Under the pieces are notes generated by a model. The model saw only the letters and a program-made list of their open reading frames with translations, had not been told where the DNA came from and searched no databases. Both the position numbers and the translations under genes were made by a program. From the NCBI GenBank assembly GCA_963820525.1, contig CAWGAA010000001.1, positions 1,568,001-1,632,000 of the forward strand: a stretch of 64,000 bases of DNA, written 5' to 3'. Shown here one piece after another: positions 27,468 through 37,700 of the stretch (position 1 is its first letter; each line of letters starts with the position of its first letter). Origin of the DNA: an uncultured Spirochaetota bacterium. GTDB lineage: Bacteria > Spirochaetota > Spirochaetia > SZUA-6 > Fen-1364.

Positions 27468-28482
27468 ATGGCAGACCTCGGCATCACGTACATGGGAATA
27501 CCTCTCGCCAACCCCGTTATCGCGGGAGCGAGCGACCTGACCGCGAACATGGACGCTATCAAGCGGATGGAGCAGGCGGGAGCCGGAGCCCTCGTGCTGA
27601 AATCTCTTTTCGAAGAGCAGATCCAGCTGGAGAGATTCAAGCTCGAGGAGGATCAGCATCGGGGGGAAGCCGTGTACGCCGAGATGGCGAGCATCTTCCC
27701 CAAGTTCGAGCACGCGGGTCCCCGCGAGCACCTCATGTGGGTGGCCAAGAGCAAGGCAGCCGTGAAGATCCCGGTCTTCGCCAGCCTCAACGCCGTGAAC
27801 AAGGCTACCTGGGTCGAATACGCGAAGGCCCTGGCGGACCAGGGGGTCGACGGCCTGGAGCTGAACTTTTTCGCAACTCCGCGCGACGGCGAGATATCGG
27901 GCGCCAGCATCGAGGAGGAGCAGCTTGAAACCGTGGGGGAGATCATCTCCGCCGTGAAGATACCCGTGGCTGTGAAGCTCAGCCCCTTCTACTCCAACCC
28001 CCTCAACTTCATCGTGCGAATGGACCGGGCGGGCGTCAAAGGGCTGGTGCTCTTCAACCGCCTTTTCCATCCCGACATCGACGTGGAATCCCAATCCATC
28101 ATCCAGCCCTTCAACTTCTCCACCCATTCAGACAACCGCCTGCCCCTCCGCTACTCCGGCCTTCTCTACGGCAAGGTGAAATCCGATATAATCGCCAGCA
28201 CGGGAGTCATGACGGCGGCGGACGCGGTCAAGATGCTGCTCGCGGGAGCCACGGCAGTCCAGGTTGTGACGACCCTCTACAGGCATGGGATCGCCATCAT
28301 CGAGAGAATCGGACAGGAGCTTCTCCCGCTGGATGCAGAAGAAGGAGTACTCTTCTGTCGCGGAGTTCCGGGGCAGGCTCAGCCAGAAGAACATCAAGGA
28401 CCCATGGACATACACCAGGGCGCAATACGCGAAGATGCTCCTCGATCCCAAGGAGTTCATGGAGCCGGTGAAGCCGTATTGA
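27468..28482 (+). pseudogene. Dihydroorotate-dehydrogenase-like FMN protein with an apparent +1 frameshift near 28320 (may be a sequence error)
   Basis: TYMGIPLANP, VLKSLFEEQI, LELN, AVKLSP, VLFNR, ASTGV, LLAGATAVQV; the family-like C-terminus (WMQKKEYSSVAEFRGRLS...RAQY) is in another frame ending at 28482. Confidence 0.8.
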
Positions 28483-30287
28483 CAACCGCGCTCGTCCAGC
28501 TCCCCGCACCCGATTGCCAACCTCAGGCTTCAGCCGCAAATGTGCCCCTCGCCTCCGGGTACCTGAAGGCGTACGCCGTCGCGCGCGGCAGAGCCGGCGA
28601 AAGCGACATCAGGATCGCCCCTTCCCGCCTGACGCGTCACGGGGGTGACGAGGCGGTCCTCCAGTGGATCGCGGAGGCGGGGGCGTCCCTCATCGGATTC
28701 AGCGTCTCCCTGTGGAACCTCCAGAGAAGCCTCTTCCTCGCCCGCCGCATCAGAAAGCTCCTCCCTTCGGCCAGGGTCATCATCGGAGGACCCGAGGTTG
28801 CGGATGGCCAACCGGTGCTCGAAGACCCATCCGTGGATGCCTGCGTGATCGGGGAGGGAGAGCAGGCCTTCGCCCTGGCGCTGCACGACCTGCGGGAGGG
28901 GCGGCCTCTCCGCCGCCTGTACAAAGAGGAGCCCCTTGCCGAGCTTTCCGCTGTGCCGAACCCCTACCTCAGCGGAGCCATGGAGCGCGAGATCGACGAG
29001 CCCCTCTACCTTGAAACCATGCGGGGCTGCCCCTACCGCTGCGCCTACTGCTGCTACGGAAAGGCGTATCCGCGAGTCCGGACCTTCCCGCGGCCGCGAA
29101 TCGCCGAAATCTTCGCGTTGGCCCTGCGGACGAAAGCGCCCGAGATCTACTTCATGGACCCCTGCTTCAATTTCACGCCGGGGTGGGAGCGGACCCTCCA
29201 GACCATCGCGTCGCTCAACACCTCGGGGATTCCCCTGCACACGGAGATCAGGCTGGAGTCCATCACGGCGGAGAGGGCGGCGTTGTTCGCTGCCGCGGGC
29301 TTCAGGTCCGTGGAGGTCGGGCTTCAATCGGTCAACGAGCGCGCCCTGCGCGCGGTCGGCCGCTCCTGGGAGAGGGCCAAATTCACGGCCGGGGCAAGGC
29401 TTCTCAAGGAAGCGGGAGTCACGGTCAAGACCGGGGTCATCCTCGGCCTGCCGGAGGACACTCCCGAGGAATTCCAGGAGACGATGGAATTCCTGGAGGA
29501 ACACGATCTGGCCGAGGACATGGAGATCTATCCCCTGTGCGTGCTTCCCGGCACGCGCCTGCGGGATGAGGCGAAGAGCCTTGGAATCTCCTTCATGGAC
29601 GGCCCTCCCTATTGGGTGCTCTCCACTCCCACGATGAGCCAGTCCGACCTGATCCAGGCAATCCGCGGGGTCGAAGAGTCGAGGGGGATCGAGTTCTTCC
29701 CTCCCATCGTGCCGAACTTTTCCGAGCGGCGGGGAGAGTATCTCGGTTTCCTGGACCTGCGGCGGCAGGGAAGCGTCCGGCGGGCGGCTGGTTCAGCTGA
29801 AGTACTGGCGAACGAGCTGACGCTCTTGATCGACGCCGCCCAGCTCAGCGACCCTTCCCCTCTCGAGGATCTGGGGCGCCGCCTGCGCCAGCGAAACCCG
29901 TTCTGCCTCTATCACCTCGTCGTGGCAGGCGACGAACCCCTCGATGAGCGGGTCATGGAGGGCCTGGCCGAGGCGTTCTTTTTCCCCGGCCATTACTTCA
30001 ACATGGTCCACTCCTTCAGCGAGGACCCGCAGGGCAGGTTCTCCGTCCGCCTCTACAGGCTCGCTTCACGGCTCGACTCCGCCGAACGCGCCATGGCCGA
30101 GGAGCCGTGGGAAACGATCCTGCGCTGGTCCGCCGGGCTCCTTCCCGGAGGAAGGCGCCTCTTGGAACAGAAGCCTCTCCTTCTCATCGACGGAGAGCCT
30201 GGCGCTGCGGAGGAAGAGGAGCTCGCCACGACATACCGCGGCTTCGAGGGGCTCCTCCTCCGTGCGGGACGCCGGATACTCGATTGA
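28479..30287 (+). CDS. B12-binding-domain radical SAM protein
   Basis: VPLASGYL, IGFS, IIGGPEV, GEGE, ETMRGCPYRCAYC (CxxxCxxC), VGLQS, ILGLP, PGT; TTG start overlaps the TGA at 28480-28482. Confidence 0.88.
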   Translation: MTTALVQLPAPDCQPQASAANVPLASGYLKAYAVARGRAGESDIRIAPSRLTRHGGDEAVLQWIAEAGASLIGFSVSLWNLQRSLFLARRIRKLLPSARVIIGGPEVADGQPVLEDPSVDACVIGEGEQAFALALHDLREGRPLRRLYKEEPLAELSAVPNPYLSGAMEREIDEPLYLETMRGCPYRCAYCCYGKAYPRVRTFPRPRIAEIFALALRTKAPEIYFMDPCFNFTPGWERTLQTIASLNTSGIPLHTEIRLESITAERAALFAAAGFRSVEVGLQSVNERALRAVGRSWERAKFTAGARLLKEAGVTVKTGVILGLPEDTPEEFQETMEFLEEHDLAEDMEIYPLCVLPGTRLRDEAKSLGISFMDGPPYWVLSTPTMSQSDLIQAIRGVEESRGIEFFPPIVPNFSERRGEYLGFLDLRRQGSVRRAAGSAEVLANELTLLIDAAQLSDPSPLEDLGRRLRQRNPFCLYHLVVAGDEPLDERVMEGLAEAFFFPGHYFNMVHSFSEDPQGRFSVRLYRLASRLDSAERAMAEEPWETILRWSAGLLPGGRRLLEQKPLLLIDGEPGAAEEEELATTYRGFEGLLLRAGRRILD

Positions 30288-30328
30288 CGCGGTAGACCAG
30301 CATTCCCCCGTCATCTATAGTCAGCGTG

Positions 30329-31057
30329 ATGAACGGTGGGCTTTCCATCCTCTTCGAGGATGAGCATCTCATCGCCGTGGACAAGCCCGAGGGAATGCAC
30401 ACTGCCCCCCTCCGAGAGGCGGAGAAAGGCACGCTCCTCGGCCTGATCATCCGGCGCTGCCCCGAGGTTGCGCATGTTGCGGGGCTGAAAGCGGTGGAAC
30501 CCGGGCTTCTCCACCGCCTGGATCGGGACACGTCGGGCATCGTCGTTGCAGCGCGCACCCGGGAAGCCTTCGAAGCCCTCCACGGGCAGTTCAACGGCGG
30601 CGATGTTCGAAAGCAATACATCGCGCTCTGCATGCCAGGCTCCCATGAGGAGCCGGCGCCGGGAGCGCGCCTTCACATTGAGAGCCGCTTCGCACCCTTT
30701 GGGCCCGGGAGAAAGAGAGTCCGCGCCATCTTCGCAGCCGATGAGGCCGCGGCGGGCAAGGGCGAGGCGACCAGAGAGAGCTACGCAACCGACGTTGAGG
30801 TGGGCGAGCGGCGAGGGGGAATCATCCTGGTCCGGGCAACAATCGTGAAGGGCTTCCGGCACCAGGTACGGGTCCACCTGGCCGCCCTCGGCCTCCCCAT
30901 ACTCGGGGACGCTCTCTACGGCGCGCCGGTTCCCGAGGGCGCGCATCGGCGCATGTACCTGCACGCCGCGGTTGTCGCGCTCAGACACCCGGCAAGCGGC
31001 GAGCCTCTGGAGATTCGATCCCCCCTGCCTGCGAGCTTCGAAGCAATCCTTTCCTAA
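30329..31057 (+). CDS. RluA-family RNA pseudouridine synthase
   Basis: VDKPEG, HRLDRDTSG catalytic Asp motif, HQVRVHL, PILGDALY, LHA. Confidence 0.92.
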   Translation: MNGGLSILFEDEHLIAVDKPEGMHTAPLREAEKGTLLGLIIRRCPEVAHVAGLKAVEPGLLHRLDRDTSGIVVAARTREAFEALHGQFNGGDVRKQYIALCMPGSHEEPAPGARLHIESRFAPFGPGRKRVRAIFAADEAAAGKGEATRESYATDVEVGERRGGIILVRATIVKGFRHQVRVHLAALGLPILGDALYGAPVPEGAHRRMYLHAAVVALRHPASGEPLEIRSPLPASFEAILS

Positions 31058-31073
31058 TTCGCCAGTCTTCCTG

Positions 31074-31112
31074 ATGACATTTTATCACATTTGTGATTAT
31101 ATCAATTGTGAC
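31074..31112. promoter_or_regulatory. AT-rich promoter/operator upstream of marR with palindrome ATCACA-TT-TGTGAT
   Basis: Palindrome at 31084-31097 plus a second TTGTGA half-site 15 bp downstream. Confidence 0.55.
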
Positions 31113-31216
31113 AGTTGGCGCGGAAAGAAGCCGGCCATGAGTCGGGCCCGTGGGCCGGCCGGTTGGCGCAGGCGGGAATCGATGCGGGAACGCGCGCCCC
31201 GGGAAGGAGACGGAAG

Positions 31217-31669
31217 GTGATATTCGACAAGGAGCCGGTGACGAGGCTCTTCGGCCTGGCCGCAGGCCTCCACATCAAGAGCCAGCGCATCGCGGAGAGG
31301 GAGCTGAAGGCGGTGGGCCTCACGTACGCCCAGTTCGGGGTGCTTGCCGCGATCGCGGAAAAGGACGGCAGGACCCAACGGGAGCTTGCCGACCGGATCG
31401 AGACCGACGCGAACACCCTCATGGTTGTCTGCGATTCCCTCGAGCGCAAAGGCCTGGCCAGGCGCTGCCCCGACCCCGCGGACCGCCGCATCAGGCGCAT
31501 CGCCCTGACTCCTTCGGGAGCGAAGACCTTCGCGAAGGCCCTGGCCATCGTGGAGGGGCTCTATCGCCCGCTCTCCCGGATCGTCTCCGAGCGGGAGCTC
31601 ACGGGCGCCCTGCCTCTCCTGGAAAAGATCTACACCCACCTGAAGGACCGGGAAGGAACCCGAGGATAG
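31217..31669 (+). CDS. MarR-family transcriptional regulator
   Basis: GLTYAQFGVL, TQRELA, LERKGL, DPADRR, LTPSG; AAGGAG RBS before GTG 31217. Confidence 0.9.
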   Translation: MIFDKEPVTRLFGLAAGLHIKSQRIAERELKAVGLTYAQFGVLAAIAEKDGRTQRELADRIETDANTLMVVCDSLERKGLARRCPDPADRRIRRIALTPSGAKTFAKALAIVEGLYRPLSRIVSERELTGALPLLEKIYTHLKDREGTRG

Positions 31670-31678
31670 GAGGAACCC

Positions 31679-32106
31679 GTGCATCCCGTGACAATCACAG
31701 CAATCATCATGGGCTCGGCCGTGGGCGTCTTCATCGGGGGAGCGGTCGTCTTCCTCCTCGTGATGCTTCCCTTGACCGCCCTGTGAAGCTGATTTACGAC
31801 CGCCTTGCAATAGAGTCGCGCCCCGTTCAAACGCTGCGGGCCGTCTTCCCGCCGTCCGTCGTGCATGGCGTGGAAGAGCCCCAGGGCGTGTCCGGCCACA
31901 TGTGGCTTCGCGTGCGCATGGACGGGAAGGAGTACGATGTGTGCCCGGGAAGGGTCTCCAACCGTCCGGGAGTGATTCACTTCCAGCTCCTCGGCCCCGT
32001 CAGGCAGGTCGCCGCCTGGACAATTCCGATCCTCCATGCTTTCTCCGCCGCTAGAAACGTTCGGCGGGACTGGAGGAACCTCTTCTCCCGGAGGAAGCCG
32101 GAATGA
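31679..32106 (+). pseudogene. Split or internally deleted membrane-anchored transglutaminase-like gene (35-aa TM ORF 31679..31786 + 107-aa ORF 31783..32106)
   Basis: AGGAGG RBS, hydrophobic peptide MHPVTITAIIMGSAVGVFIGGAVVFLLVMLPLTAL*, then in another frame DRLAIESRPV...GHMWLRV...YDVCPG. Confidence 0.45.
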
Positions 32107-32279
32107 AGCGGGATGCTGCTCTCAGCGCGCTCAAGGCCGTGAGCCGGAGCGGAATCGAAATCCCCCGCTATCGCGCGGATTGCCCCTGCACGAAGAAAAA
32201 CTGCGAGCTTCATGGCCATTGCATAGAATGCAGGGAAAAGCACGGGAGGAAGGGCCAGCTTCCGCGCTGCGAGAGATGA
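32103..32279 (+). CDS. 58-aa Cys/His-rich small protein (pattern recalls DUF6485-type proteins), absent from the ORF track
   Basis: MKRDAALSALKAVSRSGIEIPRYRADCPCTKKNCELHGHCIECREKHGRKGQLPRCER; ATGA overlap with the upstream ORF; GGAGG RBS. Confidence 0.72.
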   Translation: MKRDAALSALKAVSRSGIEIPRYRADCPCTKKNCELHGHCIECREKHGRKGQLPRCER

Positions 32280-32381
32280 ACTGCCGGGCTCTGCGTGGAA
32301 GCGGGCCGGGCTCGGCCCCGGTTCGGCTATGGCCCTGCGGCCCGCGGCGACTGACGAAACCGCCACCGGGGAATGCTTGAT

Positions 32382-34754
32382 TCAGTTCAGGCCCAGAACC
32401 GTGAAATGCCGCTCCAGAAGCTCCCCCTCCTCGTCGATCAGGGTCAGGGTATGGTCGCCTGGAGGAACGGAGATGGCCAGCGCGTGGAGGTCTTCCGTTG
32501 CGCCGAGATACCAGGAATCCAGGTGCCAGAAGATCCGTGCGACGCGGTTTCGATGGACCGCTTCGGCAACCAGGCGGCCCCGCGTGCCGTCCAGCTCCCG
32601 CGGGATGTAGATCTGGCTCCCCTCATGGGGGTAGATGACGCTCATTGCGGAGAGTCCTTCTTCCGGCTCGGCGCCCTTCTTGTACGGCGGGAGCACCCGG
32701 TAATCTGCGTTTCCCTGACGGTAGTACCATTCCATGGCCGGAGGCAGGACGAACCAGGAGACATTGCGCATCGGGCCGCCCCGCTCCACCGTGGCATTGG
32801 TCCGCCATCTTCCCGTGAGGTCGAGGTGCGCGGTGACGCAATAGGGGCACGGCTGGGGCAGGTGAGCGGAGGCCGGGATCTCCACGGTCTTCGTCCGCTC
32901 GCAGTTGGGTCCAGGCGGAAGGCCGCTCCAATAGCAGACCTCGGTTTTCTTCAGATCGTGCATCGGCTTGTCGAACCAGGGTGAATCGGGAAGCATGTCG
33001 AATACGGCGAAAAGGATGGGGGCCGCGGCCGCCGTCCCGCCAAGCTCAGGGCGAGGCTCGCCGTCGGCATTCCCCACCCACACTCCCACCGTGTATTCCC
33101 TGGTCACGCCGATTGCCCAGGCATCCCGAAAACCCTGGCTGGTTCCCGTCTTCCACGCGATCTTCTTGGAAGAGCCGAACTCCTCCCAGCTCTCCCCGCT
33201 TCCCGGCCGCTGGACCTCGAGCAGCGCCTCGAGGGTCAGGTACGCCGCCCCCTGCGAGAAATATCGCCTGCCCTTCTTCGCGGCATCCGCGTCCGCCAGG
33301 ATTGAAGAGGTGAAGTACGGCGCCTCGACCCCCAAGGCGCTGCGGGCAAGTCCCGAGTACATCCCGGCAATCTCCCACAGCGTTCCCTCGGCCCCGCCGA
33401 TGATCAGCGGAAGGCCGTACTCGGAGGCCTTTCTGAAGAGAGTGGTCATGCCCAGCTCCTTCAGGTCTCCATAGAACCTGTCCAGGCTGTACTCGCGAAG
33501 CAGGCGTATCGCGGGGACATTCAATGATCGCGCCAGGGCCATGTACGCGGGAACGGCCCCGCGGTAGGTTCGGGAGTTGTTTTCGGGGATGAATCCCGGA
33601 AACCGCGTGGGGATGTCGGCCACAAGCTGCTCGGGAAGGAGGAGCCCCTCGCTCATCATGGCCGCGTACAGGAAAGGCTTCAGGATGCTCCCCGTGCTCC
33701 TGGGCTGCCGCAAGATGTCAACGTACCCGCCCAAGGCCGAATCGACATCCGGCGAGTTGCCGACATAGGCCAGGGCCTTTCCCGTCCTGTTTTCAAGCAC
33801 GACAACGCATGCATTGCGCACACCGTTTGCCGCAAGGTGCTCCAGGTGCTGGCGCACGATGTCGGATGCCCTCTTTTGCCATTCCAGCCGCAGGGAGGTC
33901 CGGACGGCCCGCTTTTCGAGCGGGCCGAAAGCCCCGCTCTGTATCGAAAACACGAGATGAGGGGCGATCATCGGGATCGGGAATGGCTCGGGGGGCAGGT
34001 CCTCGGCCAGGGAAAGACCCAGGGTGGCGGCATCGAATGCGCCGGTTTCGTGAAGCCTGGCGAGCAGGAGGTCTCTCTTCTGCAAGAGGAGTCCGCGGTT
34101 GCGCTTGAGGTGAATCAGGGCCGGAGAATTCGGCAGGACCGCGAGGGTCGCCGCTTCGGCCCACGACAGCTCCTGGGGAGATCTGCCGAAGTACCGCCAC
34201 GATGCCGCTTCGAGACCCACCACGTTGCCGCCGAACGGAGCGTGGGAGACGAACATCCGCAGTATTTCTTCCTTGGAAAGGAACATCTCCAGCTTGAGCG
34301 CCACCACCACCTCGGCGCATTTTTCAAGCACCCCGCGCCGGGAGTTGCCCAGGGCAAGGCGCGCGGTCTGCATCGTGATGGTGCTGGCGCCGCTCACGAC
34401 CCGCCCCCGTGTCGCGTTCAGCCAGATCGCGCGCACCAGCGCGGCGACATCCACTCCGGCATGCCTGTAAAACCGCTTGTCTTCGAAGGCCAGAAGCGCC
34501 GCCGTGAATTTCGGCGGGACCTTTTCTATCGGAGGGAACCGCCAGGTCTGGTCGCGCGACAGGAGGGCGCCGAGGAGCTCGCCGTCACGATCCGTCACCA
34601 CCAGTGAGTAATCGCCCTTGAACAGATCGGTCGGGATGGCCAGCAGGAGGACGAGAACGGGAATCGCCGCCAGGAGCGGCGGCGATTCCTTCATGGTGAT
34701 CCGGTTGCGTACGAGCCCGAGAATCCTACTTGCTCGCTTTAGGAGCGGCTTCAT
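32382..34754 (-). CDS. pbpC: Penicillin-binding protein 1C
   Basis: EDKRFY, GASTITMQ transglycosylase motifs; STGSILKP, SLN, KTGT transpeptidase motifs; downstream of alpha-2-macroglobulin; start may be 34694. Confidence 0.93.
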   Translation of the reverse strand: MKPLLKRASRILGLVRNRITMKESPPLLAAIPVLVLLLAIPTDLFKGDYSLVVTDRDGELLGALLSRDQTWRFPPIEKVPPKFTAALLAFEDKRFYRHAGVDVAALVRAIWLNATRGRVVSGASTITMQTARLALGNSRRGVLEKCAEVVVALKLEMFLSKEEILRMFVSHAPFGGNVVGLEAASWRYFGRSPQELSWAEAATLAVLPNSPALIHLKRNRGLLLQKRDLLLARLHETGAFDAATLGLSLAEDLPPEPFPIPMIAPHLVFSIQSGAFGPLEKRAVRTSLRLEWQKRASDIVRQHLEHLAANGVRNACVVVLENRTGKALAYVGNSPDVDSALGGYVDILRQPRSTGSILKPFLYAAMMSEGLLLPEQLVADIPTRFPGFIPENNSRTYRGAVPAYMALARSLNVPAIRLLREYSLDRFYGDLKELGMTTLFRKASEYGLPLIIGGAEGTLWEIAGMYSGLARSALGVEAPYFTSSILADADAAKKGRRYFSQGAAYLTLEALLEVQRPGSGESWEEFGSSKKIAWKTGTSQGFRDAWAIGVTREYTVGVWVGNADGEPRPELGGTAAAAPILFAVFDMLPDSPWFDKPMHDLKKTEVCYWSGLPPGPNCERTKTVEIPASAHLPQPCPYCVTAHLDLTGRWRTNATVERGGPMRNVSWFVLPPAMEWYYRQGNADYRVLPPYKKGAEPEEGLSAMSVIYPHEGSQIYIPRELDGTRGRLVAEAVHRNRVARIFWHLDSWYLGATEDLHALAISVPPGDHTLTLIDEEGELLERHFTVLGLN

Positions 34755-37700
34755 CGACCGTGATCCATTTCCCTTCAGCCGCGGCGTTGATGGATGCGTC
34801 GTACATCGCCTCCACCTTGGATTGCGGCAGGTAGAACTTGCCGAGATAACTGGCGTTGAGCATGAGCTTCAGCGACTTCTTGCTCCGGCCTCCAAGGCCG
34901 AGGAACGTGAAGACGCGGTCATCCCGGATGTCCTGATATTCGAAGCCCTTCTCGCTGTCCTGGGACCAGCCCTCGAAGCGGGGATTGACTATCTCCCACC
35001 CCGCGGGGGCCATGTATGTCATGGCCAGCTCCTCGTAGCGGCGTGACGTGGGGTTTTCAACCTGGATCTCCGCTATGATATCCGTGCCCTGCGGCAGGGA
35101 GGAGACATCGAGCGGCTTGTTGTCCCTGTCGTAATAATTGACGCTGAGCGAGAGCCCGTTGGATGTCGCGGACTCCTTGCCCGGCGCGGGATTGCCGGTC
35201 TTGACGATCCTGACGTGGATGGGCTCCGCCGACTCGTTCGCGACCCGGATCGACTTCGCCCCGCTCTCGTCCTGGAGGGCCAGGGGCACCCTCTTCACAG
35301 GAGCGTCGCTCTCGACCGCCTCCCGTTTGCCGTTCCACTCGAAGGACATCTTCATGGCAGCCCCGGTCTTCCACGTCACCATGTACTTTCCGATAACCAG
35401 AAGGCTGTAGGCCGTGGTCTGCGTGCTGTACCACTGTTCCGAGGACAACGAATTGGCGATATCGTTGATCAAGGCCGCCGCGTGATCGATCTGGCCCGAC
35501 TCCAGGAGTCCCTCGGCGAGGATTGCCTTGTCCCTGAGGTCGGATCCGAAGGTCCCGCCGAGCTCGACGTAGGGGCTGAGCGGAGGGATCTCCCCCTGGG
35601 TCAGCCGCAATGCCTCCTGCTTCTGCCCCGCCAGGGAATAGGCGGCTGCCAGCTTGTAGCGGATCTCCACGGGCAGGCTCGGGCGCTCCCTCATACGGTT
35701 CATGGCGCCCAGGTCCGGCTCGCCGGCAAGGGCGAGATCGAAGAGGGCATACGCCTGCACAAAGTCGGAGCGGTCCACGTTCCAGCTCCACCTTCCAACT
35801 TGGGTTTTCAGGAAAGAGATCATGTTGCGTTTCATGGCCTCCGGCACGACGTAGCCCAGCCTTTCAGCCTCCAGGATGAAGTGGGCCGCGTACGTGGTGC
35901 TGTAGCTTGAGGCGGTGTCATCCCCCGGCCAATAGCCGAATCCGCCCGAGCTGGTCTGGAAGTGCTGAATCCTGTCGATGCCGGCCTGGACGTTGCGCTG
36001 GACTTCCGCGGCCTCCGCTTCGCTCAATTCGGTGATCTTGTTCAGGTAGAGCTGGGGGAAGGCTCCCGACGTGGTCTGCTCTATGCAGCCGTAGGGGTAG
36101 TGGATGAGGTACTGGAGGCGCCGCTCGAGGTTTATGGGTGCGATCTTGGAGACCTCCAGCACCGCGCTGTTGGTGCCCGGGAGCCCGGGGAGGACGATCT
36201 TCTGATCCCTTGTCTCGCCTTTTTTCAGGACCAGCGAATCCACCGTGGTGATGGAGGGATTCGGCACGCGCACGTCGATCTCCATTTTCTGGCTGGAGCT
36301 GATCTTTCCCGCGGAAGCCGTAATCTCGACCTCGGCGAAGCCGGGGCTGCTCAGGGCCGCGAGATCGAAGGCAACGAGCTGGTCTCCCGGCGACGCAAAG
36401 CTCACGGTCTTCGAGCTTTCACCCACAACCTTGATCTTCCCGCCCGCCTTGACCTTGACGGAGACGGAGGAGATTCCGTTCTCGAGGGCGAACACCGACA
36501 CGGGCAGGGCGAACTGTTCGGTCACGGAGACCACCCGGGGCAGGGTGCCGTACACCATCACCGGCTTCTTGACGGCAACTTCTTTCTCCGCGAATCCGTA
36601 GGCGCTCTCACTACCGGCTACAGCCATGACCCTGACTGCCCCGATGTACTGGGGGATGGAGACCTCGTGGGTCGCGGTCTTTCCCTGCGCCAGGGAGAAA
36701 GGCCCCATGAACCTCACCATCGGCGGGAAGCGGTTCGCCTTGCGGCCTTCCTTGCCCGCGCCCTCTTCCCCTCCACCGACGGCCAGGAGCTTTTCCAGGG
36801 TTCCGCCATATGCTGCAGCAACGAAACCGTACATGTCGAAGGTGCTCACCCCAATGGCATCCCGCTTGAAGAAGTGCCCCCAGGGGTCCGGCGTTGCAAA
36901 GCGGGTCAGGTCCAGGAGCCCGATGTCCACGACGGCCAGGGTGTAGGTCATCGGCTTTCCCGAGGCCTCGGAAACCGAAACCCGAACCGTGCTGTTCGGC
37001 TCGAACACGTTCGCGGACGAGATGACGGGCGAAAGACGCGTCGCGGGATCCTCCACCTTGATCGGGATGATTCCGAACATGCGGATGGGGCGGTCGTTCA
37101 CCGTCTGGCCGTGGGGCTGGACCAGGGAAACGTGGACATAGACGTTCGGCGTCATGGCCTGCGTTATGCGCAGGGGGTAGATGGTCTGGCCGGAACGGGT
37201 TTCGATCCACTCCGTGGAGATCAGCGTCCCGTTGTTCTCGATGGACACGAGGGCCTTCCCCTTCTGTGCCGTGGGAATGGTGATCTTGGCGGTTTCTCCG
37301 ACGGTATAGCTCTCCTTGTCCGCGGAGAAGACGAGCATGCTCGCGCTGTCGCCTCCGCCCTCGGGGCTGGAGTAGTACCAGCCGGGCCAGACCATGTAAA
37401 CGACCTGACCCGTTGCATGACCGCTTTTCATGTCCCGGACCCGAACGAGGTAGCGGCCCCAGACCCTCTCCTTGAACTTCAGGGACCACTCGGCTGCCCC
37501 TCCCTTCACCTTCACCTGCTCGGAGGACATGAGCCGGTAATCCCTGCTTCCGAGGTAGTCGGCGATGTTGTCGTCCTGGCGGTCCCACCACCACCTCCAG
37601 CCGATCTCGTACACGTCGATCCCGACCTCCCCAGAAGGAACGGGCTTTCCATTCGGAGTCACGAGCGCGATCTGGACCTTATGGGGCTGGTCCACGTCGA

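Noticed and set aside
31074..31112. Canonical CRP or Rex site
   Set aside because: Half-sites are in TCACA-TT-TGTGA orientation, not TGTGA-N6-TCACA; treated as a probable MarR operator
31784..31792. Selenocysteine read-through of TGA at 31784
   Set aside because: A second in-frame TGA follows one codon later and the plausible continuation is in a different frame
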